This document shows positions 26,695 to 38,203 of a stretch of DNA of 64,000 nucleotides, one piece after another (position 1 is the stretch's first letter; each line of letters begins with the position of its first letter). The notes beneath the pieces are model-generated. The model was not told where the DNA came from, ran no database searches, and worked only from the letters and a program-made list of their open reading frames with translations. The stretch lies in contig OX597832.1 of assembly GCA_951406725.2 (NCBI GenBank), positions 806,001 to 870,000 of the forward strand, written 5' to 3'. Made by a program: the position numbers and the translations under genes. This DNA comes from Octopus vulgaris. Its lineage: Eukaryota.

Positions 26695-27830
26695 TGAGAC
26701 TGTTTCTTTCGCGTAATGAAAGAAGGCCTTTGGGCTTGATTTAATGTTTTTATAACCCAGGCTTCTTTGTCTGCTTTCTCCCTCACATAGGATTGTTGCA
26801 GCCTTTTTTCGATCTCCATCAGTGTCGTTTTTAGGTGGGACGTTTCGCTAATTTTGGGATGTTGGTTGAGACGATTTGCAACCTTCGTCCGTCGTCTCAT
26901 GAGGATCTCCCTGTCTCTTGGAATCTTGCTCCTATTTGTTTTGGCCTTGTGCTCTGGGACATATTTCTGGCATACGGCTTGCACAGAAGACATGAAACAT
27001 TTTAGTTTCATGTCAATGTCTGGTGTGGAGAGACATTCCGGCCAGTCCTCTCTGAGGATCTCTTTTTGGATCGATTTCCAATCTGCTTTGTGGAAGTTCA
27101 GATTGGAGAGATTTTGGGTGCTTCCTTTTGGCTGTATGTCTCTGGTTACTTTTGGCTCAAACATAGACAGCTCTATTATATTGTGATCCGAAACTAAAGT
27201 CGGTGTCACTTTAACATCATGAATGATGTCCATATTGTTCGTGAAGCAGAGATCCAGAATGTTATTCGCCCTAGTTGGTTTGAGTACAACTTGCTCCATG
27301 AATAAGGCGTTGGTGAGGTTGAGCAGGGACTCCATCTGTACTTGCTTGCAATGATTCATTCCTGAGAGTATGAGACCTTCAGGCCATTTGATGTTGGGGA
27401 AGTTGAAATCACCCATAAGAAATATGGTCACGTGGTGTTCCAGATTCATGAGAATTTCTTTAATTCTTGTGAGGCAATCTTCAAACTTGCCTATGTGATT
27501 TGGGGCATAGGTATTGCATATGACTATATTATGTTGTCTTATGTATACAATTAGAGTGTCACATACCGAATTTGAGTATGTCATTAAGACCTGGTGTGTA
27601 AGGTCATCTCGGATGTATACAGCAACTCCACCATGGCTCCTTTCCCTTCTGTCTGTTCGCAGTATGGCATAGTTTGGTATGTGTACTTCTGCGTCCTCTA
27701 TATCAGGGTTGAGGTGAGTTTCTACAAGTGCTATGCATAGGGCTTGATTGCATGCAGTAAGATCTCTCAGGAAAGAACTTTTGTTTCTATTTTGATGCAA
27801 CAGGCCCCCAATATTTAGTAAAAGTATTGG
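26679..27830 (-). pseudogene. LINE ORF2 AP-endonuclease part
   Basis: LLNIGGL...ETHL...GDFN...SDH motifs within ORF 26679..27968. Confidence 0.9.
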
Positions 27831-28600
27831 AGTGACGGCTGTGCAGGCGTTAGGCGAGGCCATCCCGTGTCTGTTGACTGTGGTGGTCTTGCATAGTGGT
27901 AGGCAGGGTTCCTTCTCTGTGCTTGGTGTAGCCAGGTTAGCTGCCGGACAATTCTTTGCGCCATGCATAAAAAAGACTCTTGCTCAGCTGCTGCGTTGCG
28001 CAGAACATCTGAGGAGCGCACTTCGTTTTTGAAAGTTTTCCTGGGAGACATTTCTTATGTTCCCTCAGTAGAGTTCTTCTCTTTGAGTCCCCTGAAGTTC
28101 TGGCGTGGTGTCGGATGGGCGAACCGGCGGTTTTTGCCGTCCTCACCATGCCAACATTTGCCCCGGAAGTAGAATTTACGGGTTCTTCGGTGCCTTCCAG
28201 ATTTCTTCTTTCCTGAAGTGTACTGGGTGGCATTGGATGCTCCATGGGGTTCTCTGCTATTTGTGTGGTGGGTTGGGGTTTCAGTTTTGGTTGTTTTGCC
28301 TTTTCCTCCTTTCCCCCCCTTATTTTTGTTTTCGGTCCTTCCTTTTTTCTTCTGTTTTTCTAATTTTTCATTTCTTTGTAGGTCCACTGGTACAGGGGGA
28401 CTTCCGGTTTCTGCTCCCTTGGCTCCCCTATCCTTCACTACCTGGTCGTTCACCGGGGTAGGTGATCCATTTTCCTGAGGAACCCCTGGATCACAGAGAC
28501 TTCCGGCTTCCTTCTCTTTTTCGTCCTCTTCATCCTCATCAGCCTTGCCAGAATAATTTTCAATTATGTTATCCAGTGTTTTAATGTGTGGTTTATAAGC

Positions 28601-28650
<50 letters not shown>

Positions 28651-28654
<4 letters not shown>

Positions 28655-31600
28655 GAAAAAAGCAACAAGAATGGATTAGTTGTTCAGTACAATTGTTTCA
28701 TACGAAGAACAGGTTTATTTAAAACTGCAAATATTGCAGTAAATACAAGTGTCCCGTATTCATCAGCCAAAACACATATGAATTTTCCAAACATCCTAGA
28801 GAGTGAGGCTACACTCATGAAGTATCGAAGAGAGTTCTATGAAAAGCAAAGTTAGGTTGTAAGCATACTTAAAATGTTTTCTAATGATGCACAGTTTTAT
28901 AAAAGGTTTTTAAAAAGATTGTTAGCTTCTCAGAAAAGGTAAATCCATCCATAATAATGCAGGTGCAATTTCCGGAGATATGAGGAAAGATTTTATTCAC
29001 AGAGAAGATGAATATATCCATAATAATGCAGATGTAATTTCCTGATATATGAGGAAAAGATGTTGTTCACACATCTATTCATTTCACAAACTAAGTTGTT
29101 GAAAGAAGAGATTGGCTCTAGTGGCTAAAAGAAGTCGCAAAAGAAGTCAGTGAAGCAGAAGCCGCCCAAATAAGGACATTATGGGAGGGAGGGGTAGGGG
29201 AATAAGACGGCGTAAGTACACTAACTACAAAGGTTAGTTTATTTCTGTGGTGACAGAAAATCTGGGTCAGTGTTGCAGGAATTAAGATTTATAAGGGGAC
29301 ATTATTTTTGACCAGCAAACAGCTATTAACTGCCACTCCTACAGGACACAGAATATAAAGAGATCAAAGGAAAGAGTTAAAGGGGTCAAAAGCTATCAGT
29401 AGAGGAAGATACAATAAGAAATTTAAGGGCAACACTAGAACAGAAGGTCATTTATTTATTTTTGTTTCTATTTTTACTAATGTTTATATATTGTAAGACA
29501 GAATTTAGGTCAAAACCTAGAGGTCAGATAATTTCTATAGTAAATGGTGTGAAAGTTTTGCTTATTCAAAATATAGTGAAAATTCTTTATATTATTATTA
29601 AGGGAGTGGTATACCTATTAAATTTAGAATAGATTAGGAAGTATTAGCAATTTATTTAATTTAGGTTAGGTTAATTAAATTGACTATAAAGTCAATTACA
29701 ACTTGGCATCGTACGAATACTATTTGTTTTTTTTTTGTGTTTTAAACAGGTACAGTTAGAAAGAAAGAACACCAGTGGAAGAGCTCACAGATTTCTATTT
29801 AAAATATATTAGAGTTTTGCTTTTTTTAGTAAATACAATATAGACCTAACTCTATACTGTTATTCTATACGATTTTTATTTAAAATATTTAAGAGTCTTG
29901 ATTTTTGAGTGAATACAAGAGAGACCTAATTCAATACGGTTATTTAATATTTTTTTTCTATGCTTTAAAATTTCATATGTCTCCATGGAGCAGAGTTGGC
30001 AACCTACCCTGTTATTTCTATAAGGTATCGCCCTTCTAACTATTTCCTATTTAAGGTTATATTTAATATTATTATCTTTGAGTTCCCAGATCTTACTGGA
30101 AAGTGTGGTGCAACCAGCTTTATGACGTAACTTAAATGATGAGATATGGTTGCTAACTCGTTGCTTAAATTTTATAGTACACCCCAAATAAAGAAATTTG
30201 CTATTCTCGGTAGTTATAGTACATTTATAGATTACGTTATGGGCCCCACACAGACCAGGTGCCGGGCATTTTGACTTAATCCTACAATTACACCATTCAG
30301 ATTTAGAATTATTTAAGGATAAATATCTCATATTGCTGTTATTAAGATTATTATGAGTATAATTATCGTTATTATAGGTAATGTTATTATCTAAAGCTGT
30401 GTTATCATTTATCGATCCGCTTACACTATCATTTTGCTCTATAGCCATATCATAATTATCAACATTATTGGTATTGCTACTATTATTGCTTGTATTTATA
30501 CCCGAATGCATATACTGCTGTTATAGATATCAATGTTATCTTCATTCCCGATATTTTCCCTATTTGCATTGCTCATATTATTATCATTATTATTCCTATT
30601 AATATTAATATTATTATTAATTATTCCATGATTATTGATGCTACCCTTGTTTTGATAATTACTATTATTGTTGTTATTATTTTTATTTTTGATAATATTA
30701 TTACAATTATTATTAGTATTCATGTTGGTATTAGTCCTATTATTCCTGGCTAACTAAATGCTTTTATTATTAATTTTAGCTATTATAGTGGACATATTTG
30801 GGAGGGTCGAATAAGAAATCCTAACCGTTCTTTCAGAAATTATTCTATGATATTTATGAGAGGCTGGAAAATTTTTTCTAGAATTAATTTGAATCTGCCG
30901 TGTATATCCGATAAAATCGCACAGTTGAAAGGAATATTCAGCCAGATTATATCTTCCTTATTATATTTTCTTAAATTAGAATTAGGGTTAGTTGAATTAT
31001 TACCGATCCTATCAGAGCTATTATATTTTTTACTATTATTTGTATGCTTTTTTGATTTATCTAAATTTGTTTTATCAGAGTTATCTATGCTCTGGTCTTT
31101 ATTTCTATTCTTATGATTAGGCTTGCACGCTGGATTTGTTGTCACCGTAAATCTATTTCTACTTTTATTTCGGGCGTGATCTATATTTTTGTTTACGTAG
31201 TTACTGCTACCTCCACTATTAGGAATATGTGAGCTCTCCTTATCAATAAAGGTAATCTTTTGGTTGTATCCTGCCTTAGATAACGCTGCATTATAATGCT
31301 CAGAGTGAGAGTTAAATATATCATTATTAGAAGACAATTTGGAGATTCTTAAGGAAATATTTCTAACCAAAGATTTTATTATATTTTGGGGTTGATTGGA
31401 TAATTTATTTACCTTCCTTTCTAAATGGGTGATGCAGCTTAGAGTTAAGGTCTAATGTAATATCTGGGAAATTGATTATTTTAGTGCCAGGTTCATAAGT
31501 TATGCTAAGGTTGAAATCTTTAAAGAACCTATTAATTTTCTTTCTAATCCTTTCAATGCTAGATTTATTATTACTAGGAATAACAAACAGAGCATCATCC

Positions 31601-31970
31601 CTGTATAGACCACCTTGTATTTCCGGGATCTCCCTTTTTATGCACATTAATAGATATGCGCCTACCAAATTAGTTACCTCAGCCGAATCACTAGAACCCA
31701 TGGGTATATCGAAATTACTAGGGGTATCTGCTCTAATCCATAATTTTCCATCAAATTCTATAATTGTTTTTCTAGCTAATAGTACTATATCGATTTCCTC
31801 TCTAGATATGAGGGAGCGATTCATGGCAAATATAAGTGATTTATTTTTTGTTTATAATCACCCCACATTATTTTATGGTTAATACCATAAAGATTTCTGG
31901 TGCATCTAAGATAAGTACCACATTCATTTGAATTCATTAGAATTCATTTGAGTCTTAATTATTTTACTGA
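28651..31970 (-). mobile_element. Hydra-like PLE, 5'-truncated with an inverted terminal tail
   Basis: ORFs 31405..31824 (MGSSD, LYRDD), 30840..31370 and 30047..30511 (CNCRIKSKC, VIYKC..FLYLG..FKQR); flanked by (TA)n. Confidence 0.9.
28683..28771 (-). ncRNA. Type I hammerhead ribozyme with long helix II
   Basis: UUUGG-CUGAUGA-AUACG...CGUAU-GAAA-CAAUUG-UA-CUGAA. Confidence 0.8.
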
Positions 31971-31985
31971 TATATATATATATAT

Positions 31986-32151
31986 GGAAGCCCTCCGTCG
32001 GTTACGACGACGAGGATTCTGGTTGATCCGATCAACGGAACAGCCTGCTCGTGAAATTAACGTGTAAGTGGCTGAGCACTCCACAGACACGTGTACACTT
32101 AACGTAGTTTTCGGGGATATTCAGCGTGACACAGAGAGTGACAAGGCCGGC
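31986..32151. mobile_element. GC-richer interspersed repeat fragment (SINE-like)
   Basis: Discrete GC-richer block between TA tracts; no coding signal. Confidence 0.4.
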
Positions 32152-32208
<57 letters not shown>

Positions 32209-32382
32209 AAATATTAGGGAATAAATCCAAATTTACAGGGGAAAATCAGATTTAGGATTGAATCCAATTTTATAGTAAAATATTATAGAATATTAATTAG
32301 AGACAAAACCACTATTTTGTAAATCAAACAAGGAAAGACTTAATCACTACATAAAAAATTTTAATATAAAGTAAATAAATCG

Positions 32383-32426
32383 CCACTACAATTGTTTCCT
32401 GTCTTCAAATGTCATTCATCAGGTGG
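32383..32426 (-). ncRNA. Minimal type I hammerhead ribozyme
   Basis: CCAC-CUGAUGA-AUGAC...GACAG-GAAA-CAAUUG-UA-GUGG. Confidence 0.75.
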
Positions 32427-32494
32427 ATTTCATATCTTCCATTCAATTTAAAGTTATGAAGTCATAACTTTAAATTGAATGGAAGATATGAAAT

Positions 32495-32538
32495 CCACCT
32501 GATGAATGTCATTTGAAGACAGGAAACAATTGTAGTGG
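32495..32538 (+). ncRNA. Minimal type I hammerhead ribozyme
   Basis: CCAC-CUGAUGA-(A)UGUC...GACA(G)-GAAA-CAAUUG-UA-GUGG; palindromic helix III. Confidence 0.8.
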
Positions 32539-32625
32539 CGATTTATTTACTTTATATTAAATTTTTTTTATGTATTGATTAAGTCTTTCCTTGTTTGATT
32601 TACAAAATAGTGGTTTTGTCTCTAA

Positions 32626-32706
<81 letters not shown>

Positions 32707-32869
32707 AACAGTACCCCTAAGGACTGAAACAAGTAATAATATATGAGTGTATGTGTGTGTGTTTGGGTGTGTGTATGTAAATATATGTGTGTGTGTCTGA
32801 GAGTCTATGGGCATGTCTCTATGTGCATGTATATATATATATACATACATACATACATACATACATACA

Positions 32870-32905
<36 letters not shown>

Positions 32906-33681
32906 TACAGGTGTGTGTGCGGTGGGGTGTTTGTATTTTTATGCATGTGTACATGTATTGAATTAATTTTATCTTCATCACATAAATATTATCAATTAAT
33001 CAGATGTTTTCCTCACTAACAGAGTGTGAAAACATTAACTTAGCTAGAAATAGATATGCAGTCAGAAAAGGTGATACTACTCAATGAGGATTGTTATTTT
33101 TACTTTCCTAGGATATTTAATGTTTTATACATTTAGTAGATTACATCTATAGGTTATTTTATTTTTAAGCAATTATATTTCCCAACACCAACAAATGTTC
33201 ATTTACTCAGTGATTCTTTCATATATGTGCCAATAATGACAGTGAAGGAATGTTTTGCTGATAAGGTTTGTATCAGCTGGAACAATAAAAATATTACTTA
33301 TTAGCTAATACTACTTATCCCTCACTTTATATTTCCAGTTAACATTTTAAATTTCCATACATTAGTTATGCTAACACTGACATACCTATGCTGGTTGCAT
33401 TTCTGTCTTTGATATTTGTTTTCCCTGACTGTATGACATAATTGTTTCTGAACTATCTTCTGGATCACATTGAAAATTCTTATATATTTAGAAGTCTAAG
33501 ATTTCAAAACTCCTTATAAATCTGACCAGAAAGAATTTGACAGTACTGATCCACTAACCTAATTAAGCAACAGCTAAGAATAGTAAGATACCTGGATTAA
33601 GTATAGTTTTGTTTTTGTTATACTGAAATTGAATAATCACATATAAGAATGAATTTCATCAAGAATGGAAACTTCTTCCTA

Positions 33682-33760
33682 TCACCATGTTGCTTTGTAT
33701 ATCTCAAGGTCTTTTATATCTTCAGGTGTACCTTTGGCAACTTTTTTAAAGTATGCCTGC
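33682..33760 (-). CDS. Candidate terminal coding exon of an unidentified host gene (QAYFKKVAKGTPEDIKDLEIYKATW*)
   Basis: CAG acceptor, upstream CACTAA branch-like motif, protein-like 25-aa frame ending in TGA, unique-looking flank. No homologue recognised. Confidence 0.35.
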
Positions 33761-34002
33761 CTGCCATAAACTATTACTCTTAGTGACAAAAAATTACCCT
33801 TTTTTAATGTGGTAATAAATAAAATATATTTTTGATCAAAGTATTTAATTACTGTTCTTCCAATTGAAAACTGGAGCTATATTTATATCTCCATTTCAAT
33901 TGTAGCAGATCACTTTCCATATTTGATTCATACCATTTCTGTCTAAATCTGATTACATGCTTTGTTAACATTGCTATATTCAGTCATGTTTGGCATTGCT
34001 AG

Positions 34003-34771
34003 TACGGCGGTTTTCGGTTATTCTACCTTAAGCTTTCTCTTAGGTTATATTATTTATTTAGGCTTTTCTCTGAGTAAGGGAGAATATAATGATTCAACGT
34101 CACTTATACTCAAGTGTTATCATTATATCTAAAACCCTAACTGCAGTTATAACGTCATATAGACATATACGCATGGAACGCTACATCAACGACCATGTAT
34201 GTTGAATATTTTAATCGTGTCCTTTAAACCGCTATAAGAAACATAAATCAAAGATTACAGAAATGCATATTTATCTATGCTCAGTTGAAAAACAAACGTG
34301 AAGAGAAACATATTCTTTTTAATTATTTTTTATTATATAAATATAACAATTCATATTATTTACAAGAAGAAAGATAACTTAGTCGTGAAGAAAAACGACT
34401 TTAAATTCCTTAGCTAATTTCTTCTTTCTAGCTAATACGTTAACCAACAAATCAAAATAGATTTGTGATTAACGTAGACATGGCATAAAAATTTACCGAT
34501 GCCTCCAAAAGGGTGAGTGACGTGGAGTTATGTGACACCAACGAACACTAAAATCTCTCCCCAAATCCAGGGTTTTTATAACTGCTCAACCTGACCAAAA
34601 AGAATCGAAATTCAGGACAAACATTCTTTACGAAACTTTTAGAATCTTTATATGAGCAGTTATATTAACCAATAGGAAAAAATGAAAATGATATTTCTTC
34701 GGCAATACGACGTTACGTCATATTGCCAATTCGCGCCACATTTCAAAATGGCTAAAATGGCTATTGCTACA
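34003..34771 (-). repeat. 3' LTR (769 bp)
   Basis: TGTAGC...CCGTA on minus; direct repeat of 37445-38203. Confidence 0.95.
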
Positions 34772-35188
34772 TCAGCCTCTCGCCAGAAAAAATTGTTAAA
34801 ATTTTGAGAAAGGAAATTCGTAATACATATTTTTTTTATACAACATTTGAATTAATGGTTACAACATATCAATATATACAAATGCATTTATAATTTACAT
34901 GTTAAACATATGAAATTAGCCTTTCCAATACGGTTTACAATTATAATGTTCATATACAGTTCATTTCATTTCACTGGAAAAAAAATTTTTTATATATATA
35001 TAATCCAGGAATATAAACAAAACTTTTTGAAAATCTTCAAACAAACTTTTTTGGAAAATGTACAATTCTGTCACTTCTAGTCTTTTTCACATCTGTAGGT
35101 AATTTCAAAATTGACTTTGTTTCTCCATTAAAATTGGATTTGTTTCTTTGAATATCACTTTGTTTCAAGTTATGTTGATATGTATTGC

Positions 35189-36457
35189 TCATATGATATG
35201 ATATGAATATTGGTCGAAATAAGCTTTTTTTACTCTGTCGACACTGACAATTTCTTTTTTACCATTCATCTCCAAAGTCATAGTTTTGTCTCTAACTGAC
35301 AAGACTTTAAAAGGTCCGGTGTATTTATATTTCAGTGAATTATGAGCGGCATCGTTACGTACAAATACATGTGTCCAAGAATTTATATCAGAAGGAACAA
35401 AGCTTTTAACATTTTGCAATTTTCTTGTAAAAGAAGGAATATTCGTAAGAAATCTCCTAAGACGAGTTACATAATCATTAACATCTCCATTAAAAGAATT
35501 AGTTTCTTCGAACATTTGAGCAGGTAGAGTTAATGTTGTTCCGTACAAAAGTTCAGCAGGAGAATATTGTATATTTTCTTTAACAGCAGTTCTAATTCCT
35601 AATAACACGACTGGTAAGGCTTCTAACCAACTATTAGAATCAGAATAAGTTCTGAATGAAGATTTCAACTGCCTATGGAACCTTTCTATCATGCCGTTAG
35701 ATTGTGGGTGATATGAAGTTGTACGAATTCTATTAATCCCCAACAATTTATTGAATTCTGCGAACAGGCTAGACTCAAATTGTCTACCACGATTTGTTGT
35801 CACTGTATTTGGTATGCCAAATCTAGACATCCAATTCGTAAATAAGGTTTTCGCTATAGTTACTGCAGATACGTCTTTTATCGGATAAGCCTCCGGCCAT
35901 CTCGATAAGCGATCGATACACGTCAACAAATATATATTATCCTCACATGGAGTTAAGGGTCCAACTATATCGATGTGGATATGTTGGAATCTCGCATCTG
36001 GATTTGCAAATGTACCTAATGGTGCGTTGATATGACGCTGTACTTTTGATTTTTGACATTGCATACATGACTTTACCCATGAACGAATATCTTTATTCAT
36101 ACCAGGCCAAACAAAACGACTTGATATCAACTTCAATGAAGCTTCTATACCTGGATGAGATAAATTATGTAAGCTAGAAAAAACATTTTTTCTATGCTTT
36201 TCAGGCACAAATGGTCTCGAAAAACCTGTAGAAATATCACACCAAATATGTGAATTACACGAATGTATCGGCAACATTTTAAATTTTAAAGAAGTTGAAT
36301 CGGAATTTTTATATAAAGAAAATTCTTTATCTGCAACTTGATCCTTAGACATTTCTTCCAAATTTATAGTGTTTAGTGAATTTAATGCATCTACATTCAT
36401 TCTGGAAAGTGCATCTGCTGCTGAATTTTCAACACCCTTGATATAACGTATATCCAC
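35189..36457 (-). CDS. Gypsy RNase H C-terminal remnant plus integrase (HHCC and rve)
   Basis: IKGVENSAADALSR; HNLSHPG...CMQC; HIDIVG...TTNRG...NGMIERFHR; YTGPFKV. Confidence 0.9.
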   Translation of the reverse strand: MDIRYIKGVENSAADALSRMNVDALNSLNTINLEEMSKDQVADKEFSLYKNSDSTSLKFKMLPIHSCNSHIWCDISTGFSRPFVPEKHRKNVFSSLHNLSHPGIEASLKLISSRFVWPGMNKDIRSWVKSCMQCQKSKVQRHINAPLGTFANPDARFQHIHIDIVGPLTPCEDNIYLLTCIDRLSRWPEAYPIKDVSAVTIAKTLFTNWMSRFGIPNTVTTNRGRQFESSLFAEFNKLLGINRIRTTSYHPQSNGMIERFHRQLKSSFRTYSDSNSWLEALPVVLLGIRTAVKENIQYSPAELLYGTTLTLPAQMFEETNSFNGDVNDYVTRLRRFLTNIPSFTRKLQNVKSFVPSDINSWTHVFVRNDAAHNSLKYKYTGPFKVLSVRDKTMTLEMNGKKEIVSVDRVKKAYFDQYSYHII

Positions 36458-36499
36458 AGTAAACTGTGAAATAAAATCAAGGTGTCTAATTTCTCTAGG

Positions 36500-37120
36500 A
36501 GAATATTTCTCTGAAGAACTTTTGTTAATAATTCAAATTGTTTTTCATAACAATTTCTTAATTCCTGTATTTCATTCGAAATAGATGGAATTGCATTTAC
36601 AGTTTCTTTGGACGATAATTCCAGAATACCGTCTGCTAAATCTGCCAACTGTTGAATGGAGTTTTGGTTTTTAACGACCGAAAGCAAAGTTTGAGTTTTA
36701 TATGGCAATTTAGTGGAAAAACACTTCTTTGAGATAAGATTCTTCTATCTGCTGATTTCCCAGAAATTCATTCATCCTACGCAGAAGTTGTGCGGGTTTT
36801 TTATTACCCAATTCTTCATTGTTGAATAACTTCGCAAACTCTTTTTGTTTCGAATTTGATGTTCGTTTCAATATTTCCTCTATAATGGAAGAATAAGATA
36901 CTGGTTCTATAGGGTTTAGTAGCAAATCTCTAATTTCATTACTTAGAGGTGGAGGTAAATTGCTAAGCATTATATTGTATTTCTGTTCTTCATTTGTAAT
37001 TTTGTTAGCTTTAAAGCTTGCCTCCAGTTGTGCCAACCAAATCACGGTGTCTCCAGTCCACGGAGGACTAGGCAATACATTCACAGAAGCTTGTGTGTAA
37101 TTTCTATCGAAATATGACAT
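36500..37120 (-). pseudogene. Gypsy gag with an internal stop
   Basis: PPWTGDTVIWLAQLEASF...LGNKKPAQLLRRM...LADLADGI. Confidence 0.8.
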
Positions 37121-37422
37121 CTCAAATTCTTTTAAATTCTACTCCATTATATGTATAAATATTTTCTCAAAGGAAAATTTTTTTTCGTTATGTTACTAAG
37201 CTTTTAACAGCTCAAAATATTTTTATATTGCTAGAAAGTGCAGCTAAAATTTTCTTTCCTAAAGTTTCTTCTTCAGCGTTCTTGTTTCAACTTACTTTTA
37301 ACTATTTGTTAATAAAATATTTATGCAATAATTCTGTAATTTATGTTTATTATATTATTAAATTTTCCACCAGTTTGTCGGTGATTATAATTTTTTTTTA
37401 TAGGTTTTCCTATAGGCTGTTT

Positions 37423-37437
37423 TAGGCGGGGTCACCA
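37423..37437 (-). promoter_or_regulatory. Primer-binding site (tRNA-Trp-like)
   Basis: TGGTGACCCCG begins 7 nt after the 5' LTR. Confidence 0.7.
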
Positions 37438-37444
37438 CTTTTCC

Positions 37445-38203
37445 TACGGCGGTTTTCGGTTATTCTACCTTAAGCTTTCTCTTAGGTTATATTATTTATT
37501 TAGGCTTTTCTCTGAGTAAGGGAGAATATAATGATTCAACGTCACTTATACTCAAGTGTTATCATTATATCTAAAACCCTAACTGCAGTTATAACGTCAT
37601 ATAGACATATACGCATGGAACGCTACATCAACGACCATGTATGTTGAATATTTTAATCGTGTCCTTTAAACCGCTATAAGAAACATAAATCAAAGATTAC
37701 AGAAATGCATATTTATCTATGCTCAGTTGAAAAACAAACGTGAAGAGAAACATATTCTTTTTAATTATTTTTTATTATATAAATATAACAATTCATATTA
37801 TTTACAAGAAGAAAGATAACTTAGTCGTGAAGAAAAACGACTTTAAATTCCTTAGCTAATTTCTTCTTTCTAGCTAATACGTTAACCAACAAATCAAAAT
37901 AGATTTGTGATTAACGTAGACATGGCATAAAAATTTACCGATGCCTCCAAAAGAGTGAGTGACGTGGAGTTATGTGACACCAACGAACACTAAAATCTCT
38001 CCCCAAATCCAGGGTTTTTATAACTGCTCAACCTGACCAAAAAGAATCGAAATTCAGGACAAACATTCTTTACGAAACTTTTAGAATCTTTATATGAGCA
38101 GTTATATTAACCAATAGGAAAAATGAAAATGATATTTCTTCGGCAATACGACGTTACGTCATATTGCCAATTCGCGCCACATTTCAAAATGGCTATTGCT
38201 ACA
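37445..38203 (-). repeat. 5' LTR (759 bp)
   Basis: Direct repeat of 34003-34771. Confidence 0.95.

Larger units (their letters stand above)
24821..28585 (-). mobile_element. CR1-group LINE, near full length and frameshifted
   Basis: ORF1 remnant with CCCH-like motif; APE (ALVETHL, GGVAVY, MGDFN, LDLCF, SDH); RT (YRPISLTS, QHGFR, YLDFAKAFD, GVPQG); short 3' UTR ending at (TA)n. Confidence 0.92.
32289..32633. repeat. Near-perfect palindrome (about 171-bp arms, 2-nt loop) carrying two HHRs
   Basis: Centre aagttatga-ag-tcataactt at 32460/32461. Confidence 0.95.
34003..38203 (-). mobile_element. Ty3/Gypsy LTR retrotransposon, internally deleted (gag plus integrase), 4-bp TSD CTAG
   Basis: Two near-identical LTRs; CTAG at 33999-34002 and 38204-38207; PBS TGGTGACCCCG; purine-rich ctggcgagaggctga before the 3' LTR. 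Confidence 0.95.
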
